Source: Bugula neritina
Lineage: Eukaryota; Animalia; Bryozoa
Length of the DNA stretch: 64,000 nucleotides
Assembly: GCA_964035545.1 (NCBI GenBank)
Contig: OZ037769.1
Location: 1,302,001-1,366,000 of the forward strand
Direction: 5' to 3'
This document shows positions 1 through 13,000 of the stretch, piece after piece. Under the pieces are notes generated by a model that did not search any database, had not been told where the DNA came from, and worked only from the letters and a program-made list of their open reading frames with translations. How positions within the stretch are numbered: position 1 is the stretch's first letter; every line of letters starts with the position of its first letter. A program made the position numbers and the translations under genes.

Positions 1-502
1 AAGCCAATAACTAGGGTGACACTCATAGAGTATGTAATTCATGCATGGCATCATGTTGTGACTGAAGGCGAGTTGGAGAAGCTGTAGGAGTCGATGCTTT
101 GTCGATACCGACATGTGATTAAGAAAAAAAACTGGCCAACAAAATATTGACACTAAAATTTAAAACATTGTGTTGTAATGCTGCTATAAGGTGTAGAACA
201 AATCACATATGATACTTTTTTAAAATTTTAAATAAAATAGCACTATGTAATACAGTACACACAAATTGTGAGAGCATCAATTAATTCCCATATATGCATA
301 GTAGCGCATTGCTTCATCTAAATTTTGGAAAGAAATAAAAAGTGACACTAAAATAATTTATATCACTGAGAAAAAGAGATCTGAAGAATCATTTTGATAG
401 GCACCATGTCTATGGAATTGTTTTTCTTATGTTGTAAAATTAGCTTGGAACATTGCAATACTGAAAAACAATAACGCATTCTTAAACTTTTCCATAGCAC
501 TA
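1..502 (+). mobile_element. Tc1/mariner DNA transposon remnant (3' end of transposase plus putative right TIR) inside an intron of receptor copy A
   Basis: Frame from base 1 reads KPITRVTLIEYVIHAWHHVVTEGELEKL*ESMLCRYRHVIKKKNWPTKY* (ends 150), resembling the Tc1 transposase C-terminus (W...LVESMPRR..VI..KG.PTKY) with an in-frame stop. TIR-like end ...CTTAAACTTTTCCATAGCAC-TA at ~481-502, where homology to the same intron of copies B and C resumes. Confidence 0.7.
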
Positions 503-1028
503 AAATTTATATATTATTGAACGTAGCTTATTGTTGAATTGGCAACACATATGTGCTAGGTACATCGTTATACATCATTCTAATTACCATAATATATTAT
601 AATGAGTTCACATTCAGTTATATATCTATCTTCTAGATGTGAGTAAAATAGTATTTGATTTAGACTACCGTTTCTTCCATGCTATAGCCTTAATTCTTAA
701 TTATATATGATAGAATCATACCTATAAATATCACCTGTTGTTAATAGAAAATTTAAATTATGTGAAGTGCATTCATACACACCTATTAGACACTCCATCA
801 AGTGGTTAGTTCATTAGTAGGACAGTATAATTCACTTACAGATTATTCTTACTATACTGCATCACTTACCAAAATGGTCACCTTATTCTGTAAACATAGG
901 GAGAGGAAAATCTACTATATATATCAAACAATTTATAGCCTACACTACATGAATCAAGAGTGCATGCATAGTAAATAATCAAATATTCGTAAGATGGCAT
1001 TTTTTAGAACTGCTTATATACTTTTCAG

Positions 1029-4000
1029 TGAATATAGCAGAAGGAAGATATACATTCAGCAAGACTCATCTTAACATATACGTGGTTAGTGGGAAAGCAG
1101 TAGATGTAAACCCTAGGTCGTTTTATAGAAGTGAAGACAAACCTGATCAGTGGTGGAGAGTTAAACTGAATGAGACTGTATATGTTAGAGTACTAGCTAT
1201 TCGTAATAAAGATTGTGAGTATAATATTTTTGTTAATAATTTACAAAGCAGCTTATTTGCTACTTAATCAGAACTTGTATTAAAGAGTTGAAATAATTGC
1301 CCAACTATAGTTAGGGTAAATTTTAGGATAAGGTAGAGGCATATTTTAAAAAAAGAAAGATTACCATCGCAAAAGTGATAGAATGACATTTGTCGAACTA
1401 CTTTAAATATTTAGGAATCGGTTTTATTCAATTTAGTTAAGAGATTTAGGTTTCATTCTTTAAACGTAATGTAAATAGCTTTATCTTCTACTATTTTTAC
1501 TCTAAACACCCATAAGACTTTTGGGAAATAACATACAACTTTTTTTACGAACAATTCAATAAAATCCAATAAAATTCTTTTTTGTTTTACTTCAGCTGAG
1601 AGGTTTAAAGACGTATCAATCCTGTCATCAACACACTCCACAATAACAGAAGATCCAACACCTACAAGTTCAGAATGGACTCTGGTCATGTCTGGGATAT
1701 CACGAGAATCAGATAGAAGTTCTACAGAGCTTACATATAACTTTGATCTAACAAACGAGTTACAAACTAGACACATTGCTCTCTACAGCTCTAATAGTAT
1801 TGGACTGAGCATGCTAGAAGTTCAGATATTTGCATATGGTAAGTGGTTTAACGTTATATTTCATTTGTACATATATATATATATATATATATACACTCAC
1901 AGAAGTTTATAGTCGCTATCCCTGTGAGAAACTCCTGATGGAAAGGGTTTTTGGTAAAATTGGCTGAAAGCTTATTTAATTGAAACTATCATTGAAATTA
2001 AGGGTTGACAGAAAGGGATTGCTTTATAGTTTACGGATGTTTAAACAAAACACTTTCCATTGGTTGTTTTTAGACTTGATGCTTACATGGCAAGACTCTT
2101 CAGCGATGTTGGCAGCAACCAGTAGTTCATGTTTGACTCTCACATGGACACGACCAGATGCAGAATTTGGTGAAATATCTAATTATAGAGTTAGTATTTA
2201 TATTACTTGTATTTACTATACTATCCATTCTCTTAAAACAATTCAAAGTTAGTTCAAGTTTATTCAAATACATGAGAATTTATGTTTAGTACAAGTGTAC
2301 TTCACAAAATGACTGGACTATCACAGAGAACACCAAGTTACAGACACAGATATGTGGATATTCCCATTCTTCAGATGTACAGTGTGAGCTGGAAGCATGG
2401 AACAGTCATCAGTACAGTTCAATTACTACTTCTGTAGTTCAAACCCTCTGTCTAGGTATGGCTTGACATATAGAAGTCATTTGGGCAATTTGTTTTTTAT
2501 GTAACAAAGGTCTGATTATTAGTATAATTTGATTATTTTATCTGACATTATTATTACAATGAACGTATAGTAAAACTAGCTATTCAAACTTTTCCAGGTA
2601 TTTTCCTATATTAAAAGTATGTTTTATATAAAGAATGTCAACATAATTAGTTATTTCAGTTCCTATTAGAAAATACCTAAGTTTGTTACAAACATGCTTC
2701 AAATAATTTAATTAGAAGCCAAATTTATTTCAGCTCCTTCAAAGCCAACAGCAGTTAAATTAACAAGCGCCACACCAGTTAGAATGGTGAGAGATGGTAA
2801 AGTTCAACTACTGTATTCTGTACAGTGGACTGTAAGTATTATTGGATAAAGTGTAATGTTAAGATTTTCGTTTGATAGTCACAAAATGACGATTTGGATA
2901 CTGCCCATTCCAAAACACTTCATTTATAAGAAAATGTTTTCAACATGCTCAAATTTTGTATACATACTATAGCAAACTTACATAAATATACTTGTAAAAG
3001 TAAAATAAATTATTATAGTTCAATAATGACTTAACATATAGCTATTTTTGTCAAAACCAGTTAGAATAAATTTAGAAAACATTATAGAACAGTGAAGGAA
3101 TTCTTCCATTTAGCACATATTTTTATTTCCCTCTTTGGTCTTTTTAATGAGGTAATGATTCACAATTGTATATTTCCATTTCTTGTTTTAGGCACCCCAA
3201 AGTTCAAACTGTGAAAGTCTAACAGGATATGATGTAAGATATCCAACAACTGAATCTACACCTACACAAGTCAGTAGTACCAGTACTAGCATACTGACAG
3301 ATGGTGATGTGGAGATAACTTTCTCTGTTAGAGCTAAGAATAATGATGACCTCTACTCAGAATATGAGACACTTGTGTTTACATCTGATAAATTAGGTAA
3401 GATTTACCTGCAAATTGCTGTTTTGGTACCATCAAATTAATTATGCATAACAAATAATTTGCCCATGTTAGTTTGTTGTGAATTGAAAACAAAACTCATT
3501 CAAAACCTTCTTTTTTAAAAGGTCCAATTTGGAACGGTACTTCCCAGCTTCTTATCCACCCATCTAGTAGTGAGTGTGTCTTTCTATCCTGGACTCTACC
3601 AGATTATTCAAATGGTGATATACAAAAGTATGAGGTGAGATATTCTCATTCTATATAGATTTTGTGTTAAACATTTTTTTTGTAATTCTGTATCATTCCG
3701 CTGACTAATAAAAGAGTTTTCAGTTCTTATTGAAATGTTTCTAGATCAAGTGTACAGGTCAAACAGACTGGACAGAGGTTGAGTCATTTAAACTGGACAC
3801 ACTTGCCTGTGGACTTTCTCCAGACACAGAAGTAGAGTGTACAGTGAGAGCATGGAATGAACAGACATTCAGTGATGTCATTACATCGGATAAAATCAAG
3901 ACTTACTGTTCAGGTATCTTTTTATAAAATACATTATTCTGTATATTCATATTTTATTGTCTTGCAAACATATTTCTGTAGGCAAATGATAAAAAGAGTC

Positions 4001-7000
4001 GAAAGACATGTATTAGTTTATGAGATTGTTTCAGGTGAAGATTGTATGATTTGTAATCGCCGACTTTATTACAGCTTCTACGTCTCCAGGAAGTATTCAG
4101 TTCAATGACAAAGGTTTAAAAACAGATAGTAGCAGAAAAAGAAGGGAATATCTCATTACTTGGCAGGTCTGTGTATATAGTTTATCAAATAATAATGTAA
4201 CAGAGAACTATAATGTCGCGTATTATATCCAATGCAAGTGTCCTTTTAAATTAAAGAAGCTATCCTTTTTTTAATCAAAAAGTTTACTTACCATGTTTAA
4301 AGAAATAAAAAGGTTTATTGTTTTTGTATTATAATGCAATATCAGCATACTGATAGTTTACCTTGTTACATAACAGGCTCCATCTACAATAAACTGTGAC
4401 AGTATAGCAGAGTATGAGATAAGATTTCCAACATCCTTTTCTGATATAATAACAATGACCTCTAGAAGTATGACAGTGTATACAGAAGGTGATGTAGAGG
4501 TCAGCTTCTGGGTGAGAGCTGTGAACAATGCTGGAAATATATCTGAACCTCGTATTAGAACTATTACTACTGCTACTTTCAGTAAATCATTTTATTAAAT
4601 GTATGTAAGAAACACATCTCTTTTAATATAGGCATTTGTATTATATATATTATATTAAATTTATGCAAGAACAAATTGGTTTTCATTAATATATGTTAAA
4701 TAATCTAACAATAATATAATATGAATATGCGACTTAGTAATAAATCTTGTTGATTAAGGCATTAACATATTTATTCATATAAATCATAGTTTATAAATCA
4801 ACGTTTATTTATGAATATTTTGATGCCTAAGTCAACGATAGTTAATACCTAGTCACTTAGTATGCTTTAATTGATATATGCTTTAGTGTATTGCAGCCAA
4901 CAGTTGCTTTATTAATTATTCCTCAAAAAGTTGCTAAAATGCTGTTACTTTTTACAAAGAGGTATTATACATTTATTTGCAATAGTTTCAAGCATTTTAC
5001 TTACAATCATAATTATATTAATGATAGACTAAACATTCCTTACAAATCTTTCATCATTCTGAATTTTATGTGCAAAATGAATCATTTTTAAATAATGTAT
5101 TGTCATAAAAATCACAAAATTAATTTCCTTGTGTACACAACTCTTCATCTCAAAATGTTTCTAGGGCCCCAGATAGCACCACGAGATTTCCAGTTGAAAG
5201 TTATCAACTCAAGTTGTATAAGGTTGTCATGGCAACTACCAAAATATCCTAATGGACCAATCACACAGTATGAGGTAAATATTTAAATAACAAATATGTA
5301 CATATGTATGTACATTAGATATTTATTATAATGTTTGGTGATGCTTGATACTTCAAAAATGTAGTTGGTATTATATACTTTAAATTAATTATCTCATTTT
5401 TTGTTCACTCTAAAAGAGTCATAAATAAAACCAAAACTTGTGACTCATTGTAGTACAAGTGTACTGGACACAGTGACTGGCCCATTGTTGATAAGGCAAC
5501 TCTTGACTCTGTGGAATGTGGATATTTAGCCAATCAGCTGGTAGAATGTGAGATATTTGCTAGAAATAGCAAAGGAAAGAGTGATAGTGCCAGAAAGGAT
5601 ATAAGAATTGTCTGCGCAGGTAAACTATCAATTGTCAAATTATTACAACTCTTCCTGTTTGCGGTAAGTATCAGGAACTGTAATAAGTGTAATTCAAGTC
5701 CTTCAAATTGTCTGGATAGAATATTTAGTGTTATTAGAGTAAATCTATATTGACAATAATGTGATGTAACTATTCAATGATGTAATATAACTTCTTCTCA
5801 TAACATATTTCAGCCCCAGAGTTCCCCCTTGACTTGTCTCCATACATCCTAGAAGTATCTTCCATCAACTCTGATGGTCTGGCAGAACTCAATTTGACTC
5901 TATTAACTTCCTCAGTGGTAAGTTTAGTTTAAAGTAGTAAACCAATCTTCAAATTGCTGCCTATGAATAGTAACTTTATTTTTGCAAAATATTGTGTATG
6001 CAAACTTGAGTAAAGTTATCCAAGAAAACCTTCTATGGTATACAGAAGTTAAAACACTTTTATTTAAATGCTTTTCTTTTTATGCAATTTTATCGACTCA
6101 TAATCAGTCGTATTCTATGACAAGTTAAATAAGCCTATATACTTTGTGTTTTAAAAGCAAAACATAACTTTAATTTGCTCTCAATTTTCACAGATCAGAA
6201 TAAACTGTGCCTCACTCACAAGTCTAGAGTATAAACTCAGTGATCAAGACAACTACACGAATGCTGGAGAATTTATTTATGGACTACAACCCTACACTAA
6301 CTACACTCTGCATATCAGAGCTACTAATAATGAGCATTTTACTCAGAATCTAACTTGGATATTGCTGACAAAACAGCTGGGTAATTATTGTTTAAATTTA
6401 CTAAATATCAATAATATATTGTATACACATATTATGTTGTGTTGAACTGGGCTCTTTAAGTATATTTATAAAAGATATTTATTTGTTTTCAATCATGTAT
6501 CTACCAACATGGCTTGATCTGATATACTATCTTTACCATCTTAGCTCCAAGTGATTCTCCAAAAATAATAACAGGAATTGAAGCCAGCTGTGTAAATTTA
6601 ACCATTTCTCCACCTGAGCATCCTAATGGACTTTTAACGCATTACTCAGTAAGTTGTAAACTAAAATGAGGGTTTTAAGAGCTTTAATAATTTTCAACAT
6701 TAAAGTGGCAATAAAACAGTGTTATTAATCATGTTTTCAAAATGCCTTCTCTTCTATAGTATGCATGTGACGAGGTGAACATAGGAATAGATGAGAATCT
6801 CACCAAAGTTGTTGATAGCATATCTGTGAGTTATAACGGGGAGAAGGAAACTAAACTCTCACTCTGTAACCTGACTTCAGCAACCAGAATTAGATGTACA
6901 GTAAGAGCTGTGAACAGTGCTGGAGAAAGTCCAGTCGTAGTGGTAGATGAATACACCAAGCTGAAACGTGAGTAGCCATATTTAACCAGGTAATTGCTTG

Positions 7001-10000
7001 GAAAACACATTAAAGATAAAAAAATTTGAGGATAAATTTGACGGAGAAAACATTGAAGGATGAATTTGAATTTTAATTTTATCTTCTTGGCAGAAGAGTC
7101 TGTGTAAAATATGCAGAAAACAACAGAAGTGACTGTCACACTTTTGTTATTTATTCATCTCAAGTCAAAGCAAGGTCTTGTTCAGACACTATTGACAGTT
7201 TTTTCATATGTTGCCAAAATATGGTTTACTACGTAGTATATGCTGTTTTATAAGTATTTTTGTTTCTTAAGTTAATTAAAAGACCATCATTTACATTGAT
7301 TATTTATTGCAGAATATTTTATTTAGATATATAAAGCAAGTTTAATGACAAAGAAATGATGTCAAAATTTAAAGGTTTACTATAATTCTATTCCAGTAAA
7401 AGATGGATATGATACCATAACAGAAATACCATCATCTTCTCCTGGAGAATCACTTTCGTTAACTATTTCCACACCTTTGTTTGAGAATGGAGAAGTGAGG
7501 TTTGTCTAGTCTATATATAAAACACAAATTTACATGATGTGATAGTAATTGACAGGAAATGTCAGTTAAACACTTATCCAAAGATCGCAATGATTGTAAT
7601 TTTCTTTTGCAGCAAATACCAAATAGTTCTCCAACAACAGTCTCATCAGAACAGAAAGAAGAGAGATTTCTCATTAGAAAGTGACGGATGTAACTCAACT
7701 CAACTATTCAGCTACTCTGTATCTCAAGAGAAAGGGTTAACATGTTACATAACAGCAGAGATAGATGTAGAGACTGATGGTGAAACAACATTCAATATTG
7801 GTGATGGTAAAACATATGGTGGATATAAGAATGTGGATCTGGTTCCTGGAGCAGACTACTTCTTGGTGGTTGTAGCAGTTGTCACAGGGGAGGTACGATT
7901 AGGCATCAAAAAACACAAAGAAATTCAAATGTGTTTAGTAAGGAATAAGATTAGGGCTTGCTTGTTTGACTTTCAACATAGTTTGAAACGTGATTGGTTG
8001 AAAATGGTTTTGATAAACATTAGTCTCCGTAAAACATATGTTTATTATCTACTATAAAACATGTTGATATTATTTTACAGACTCTATTTAATTTTAATTT
8101 CATGAACTTGAATCTCTTTAAATGAAATACCATATTTAAACTTTTTAGTATGGTTCTGCTTTTTTTACAGAATTCAAATCGAAGTTTCATTCAATTCTTC
8201 CCTCACACAAGCGTCACAGGTAACTATTCAACAATTGTTATGTTGTTCTTCTTTTACTACAATTGTAGAAATTGGATGACATTATTAATATTATTATTTG
8301 TTTTTGTTTTAAATAGTCAACTAACCAATAAACTAATCAATAAACTAATTAATCAACTAGTTATTCAACTTTGCTAGTAAATGCTTTATAATCTCCCTTA
8401 TCACAGCTCCAGCTGAAGTAAGATCTACTGTACCACCACCTCCACCTAAGTGTAGAACAGGATGCGTAGTTGGAATAGTCATGAGTCTGATAGTTTGTCT
8501 GACTGTAGGTGCCGCAGTTGCTGGATTTGTAATATTTCGAAGGTAAGGCTAACAGTTATTTTGATAGTAAATTAATGTTAAACTACAGGATTAATGAAAA
8601 GACATCATTCTCCTTTGTATAGCTACATAACATTATACTCTTCAAATTTGCACTTAATTTACATCATATGTACTTCATGCAATATAGATTACAGTTAGAA
8701 ATGTGTAGCCAATATTCTTATACCATATATTTTAGGAGACAGGCCAAAGGTTCGAATGAAGGAGTGTCACCTGCTCTTTCATTAGGTAATAAAAAGTCGT
8801 CTAGCAATTTTGAATAAAACCAATTATTTTTATTCGTTTATATAGCTAGTTTTCTGATGCTAGTCAAATTGAAATTAGAAAATATTCTAACAGAGATTGC
8901 TTGTAGTTATGACATTTCATAGTTTGAAAAAAAAAATATGACCAAAAGTTGAAAGTTTGCATCAAATTTCAAAATAAACCTGCAAAATTCATCCTAAACC
9001 TATGTTTTGGATTACAGAAGCAAAAATGTTTTTGTTTAGTTTCAGTATCAGAGGTCTCACCAGCTTTAGAAGGGCCGTCAACATCTCCTCAACAACCTGC
9101 CCCATCATCACCAGAGAATGAGGCTATCCCAGTGTCTCAACTAGCTCAGTATATTACAGAGAAGCTAATGAATGATATACTGGAACAGTACAAGGTAAAC
9201 CCCATGCTTTATATTCATATTTGCCAGTAGCAAACTGTTTAGTTTATTCATACACTTAAATCTGATGCATTTATTTGTTACAAATTCTTTCTACTAGAAA
9301 CTTAAAATGTGTACTCTAGAATTCAAATAAGCTTTGTGTGTTTGTATGACGGTATAGGTAGGAGAAAAACACATCATATATAGTAGAGAAAATAAAACAG
9401 GAAAATGTTTTATAAATGTAATATGGTTATTTTTATTAAATAATTTTTGAACCAAGTCAAAAAGCTGTTACTCTACTAATAAAAGATTCAATAGACACAC
9501 TCTTTAATGCTTATATTTGGCAAGCTGGTAAAGCTGTGCATTCTTGTAAAAACATATGATCAAGTAACTACCAGTAAGCTCACAGTCAGTAGGTTTGTTT
9601 TGCTCACAATATGATGATTAATTCAGATTCTTGAGAAACTAGAGAAGCCAGTGATGAGAGCTGCTTCTCGGCCTGAAAACAGAGGCAAATGTAAATACAT
9701 TGGGCTGTATCCAGGTAAGTGGTAAGAGAAAAGGTCCTGGGCAGGGGCATTGTAGCCTGTAGGCAACTCGTGTTTCACAGAATGCAAAGCAAATGAGTTA
9801 AAAAATAAGTTTGAAATAGAAAATACAAATGGTATAAAACTAGAAGATATAATAGTAAAAAGCATTCATGATGTGGCAATAAACAAATTTTAAGATTTCA
9901 CCTGCTTTCATCTTTAAAGTTGTATTTGGGTGTCACTCAGAACTACAAATGAGCAGCAGCCAGATAAACTGAGACATGGAAGCCTTGCAAAAGTACTTTT

Positions 10001-13000
10001 CAATCCAAAATGACTTACATAACAATTAGCATAATCATATATTCTGGTTACAATCTAAACTATATACACAATAAAGATACACGTTTGTTGTTTTATTTCA
10101 GAGGACAAGACAAGAGTGGTACTGGAGAGGAATGGTGGAGAGGGTAGTGACTTCATCAATGCCTCTCATATAAAGGTACACATCTACATGTATATGAGCA
10201 CAAACTAATACTACATCTAAGTACTTAAAATTGTGAAACTCATTTAACTTATTTGCTTGATTTTATAGTTCTATGACTTGTGTTTTATGGATACACCGAT
10301 CAAGATCTGTTTATTGCAGCTCAAGGTAAGTTTATATATCTTCTGTAAAATTATACATGAAGGAATAAAATAATCTGCTGTTGAATGCATTATTTACACA
10401 AATTACTATTGACTTTTAAACCATAATAAAAATATATACCTATATTTTATTGCTGGAGTTACATATACTGCGGCATATGATTACATAAACTCTAATTCAC
10501 ACTTGACTGATCTCAACTTAGACTACAAATCTTGACAGCAAGAATTAACCACATAGTCTGCCTTTAAATCCCAAAGATGTTAGGGATGACTCAACTTAGT
10601 GTAAATCTAAGCAAGTCATTGTCTACGTTTACATTTGTAAAGAATTTTAGTGTGAAATCTAAGCAAAATATTATTGTCTATGTTTACAGGACCTCAGGAG
10701 CGCACTGTTGATGACTTTTGGCTCATGATTTGGCAACAGAAGGCAAAAGGAATTGTCATGGTTACAAACCTAATCGAAGGTGGTAAGGTAGGTTTATCAC
10801 TAATAGGAGACTGGTTGTGAAGAGACATAAGGTAACGTACACTTCATACTGCATTACAAGTTCATTACCCAAGCTGAGCTTCATAGCTGACAATCATACT
10901 CACTAGCATAAAACTCAAGGTTTTTAAGTTACCAGTAGCTGTCATATTTAAAAATTTTGGTCAAGCAAAGCTTTTATTTGAGTAGAAAGTACAAACATTA
11001 TATTCAAAACAATGAAATTTAAATTACATAACTAGAAAATAGATCAATTTATATAATACATTACAAGGTTTGAGTGTAAAATATAAATTATAGTATAGCT
11101 AACACAATTCTACAATCATTTAGATGAAGTGTGTGCAGTACTGGCCAGACAAAGTCGGGGAGAGCTCAACGTTTGGAGACATCAAAGTGACGTTTATTGC
11201 ACATGAGTTGGTGGCTGACTACATCATCAGAACTATTTCAGCTGAGATGGTGAGTCTGAAAGCAAACTATTCACTCATAATTTAACCATTGATTCAATAA
11301 TACATTGATGAAATAACTAAAGTTGTATAAGTCTAAATAAAATCAACTACACTCGTATAAATTATGATCGCCTAACAAAACAAACCACCGCTCCATGAAG
11401 GCCGACTATTCATGCAATCCACTTGCTTTAGCAATTTTTGATAATTCATATAGTGTTGAACACGTTTTCATAACTCTATAAATAATTTCTATTAGCTACT
11501 AATTTCATTTTTGTTTACAGAATGGACGGAGGATACAGCTAAAACAGTTCCATTTTGAATCATGGCCAGACCAAAGAGTTCCTGAGGTGATGAGTCCTCT
11601 TTTATCCTTTGTGAAAAGAGTAAGATCTGAAACAAGAAGATCTGCTGGACCTTTAGTTGTTCATTGCAGGTAACAAACATTACCTACCAAACGTGAGGCA
11701 AACGCATGGTAGACATGACAAACATTTTTTATTATAGTAGCCGAAGTTTTACAATTTCATAAGTTTATATTTCATGAGGCTAACTTATTGTAACATGTAC
11801 AGTGCCGGAGTTGGTCAGACAGGGACTTTCATAGCTATCAACATTTTGGCGAAAGAAGCAAAAGATAAAAAAGAAGTGAATCCGTTTGAGTGTGTGAAGG
11901 AGATGAGAAAGAGGAGACCTTGCATGGTACAGAAACAGGTGAAATTCTGAATGTTCACTGGATACTTTAAACACATGGCATGCAATAGCTAAATGCTAAA
12001 ATTGATTCTGCTTTTTATAGTATAAATTGTGTTTTTGTCCACAGGTTTGTATTGTATAGACTTGTATATAAACCATAATACTACTACAAGCTCTACGTAG
12101 CTATATAGATCAGTCTTTTGTTGCCATTTACTCAGTATAGTGAATTCAGCTTGTTTCATGCTAACTAAACCATCAGCGCTTGTCACTAGAGGCTCAATTT
12201 TTCATCTGATTGTAAAGCTCACATGTTGCATTGAAATTACCCAGTAGTTTCTGTAGTGTAATATGGTTAGTATGTCTGGTTTTAGGCCGGAAGTCTCGGG
12301 TTCGAATCCCAGTCAGATATAAAGTCTTACATCAATTACTGTGTAACTTACAGTGTGTGTTTTCTGTAATCCCGGTGGGGGCAAAAGGTTCACATCACAC
12401 ACTGTTTCATGTTTTCTGTAGTCATGTCATCACGCAGTTCTCTATTACAGGAACAATATCAGTTTGTTTATGAGGCCTTAGAAGAGTTTCTGGTAACAGA
12501 TGACTATGTTTGTGAACCAGCTTTGCTCATGTCTAAGATTCAGACACATTTGGATGAGACTACAGACACGGCTACTTATGCTAATACTATGAGTAATAAC
12601 CAGGATCTGATCAGTCAAGAGTTTGAGGTGAGTAAATTTGTATAACATGATTAATTTCCAAAGATTTTTTTTTTGAAAACTGTTTTAGGAAATCTATCCA
12701 ACACTAAATTTTTTTCCTTTTATATGTATATTTGTTTACTTGTAGAGACTTGAGGTTAAAAGAAGTCAAGCTCTGATGGGCTTCTCTGTAGCGATGAGTG
12801 AAGAAAACAAGGACAAAAATCGAGATCCAAACGTCTTAGCAAGTAAATTCTATTTTAACGACTTCTTTCAAAAGTGTTGCTAATTTTATTTTAATGCTTA
12901 AGTAGTGTATAGCCTGTTCGAAAATATTACATAGTGAAACTTTACTTTATTCCCTATTACATCTATTTAAATTTTCAAAGATTTTAATTGCAAGGCAGTT

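Noticed and set aside
1453-1776. Minus-strand ORFs recurring in each paralog (e.g. 1453-1776, 6831-7139, 9623-9865, 11492-12186, 40630-41324)
   Set aside because: Antisense shadows of duplicated + strand exons or introns; recurrence reflects the duplication, not an antisense gene.
12246-12317. Functional tRNA gene (also 41384-41457)
   Set aside because: B-box is perfect but the acceptor and anticodon stems do not pair and the two copies differ in the anticodon arm; treated as a SINE relic.
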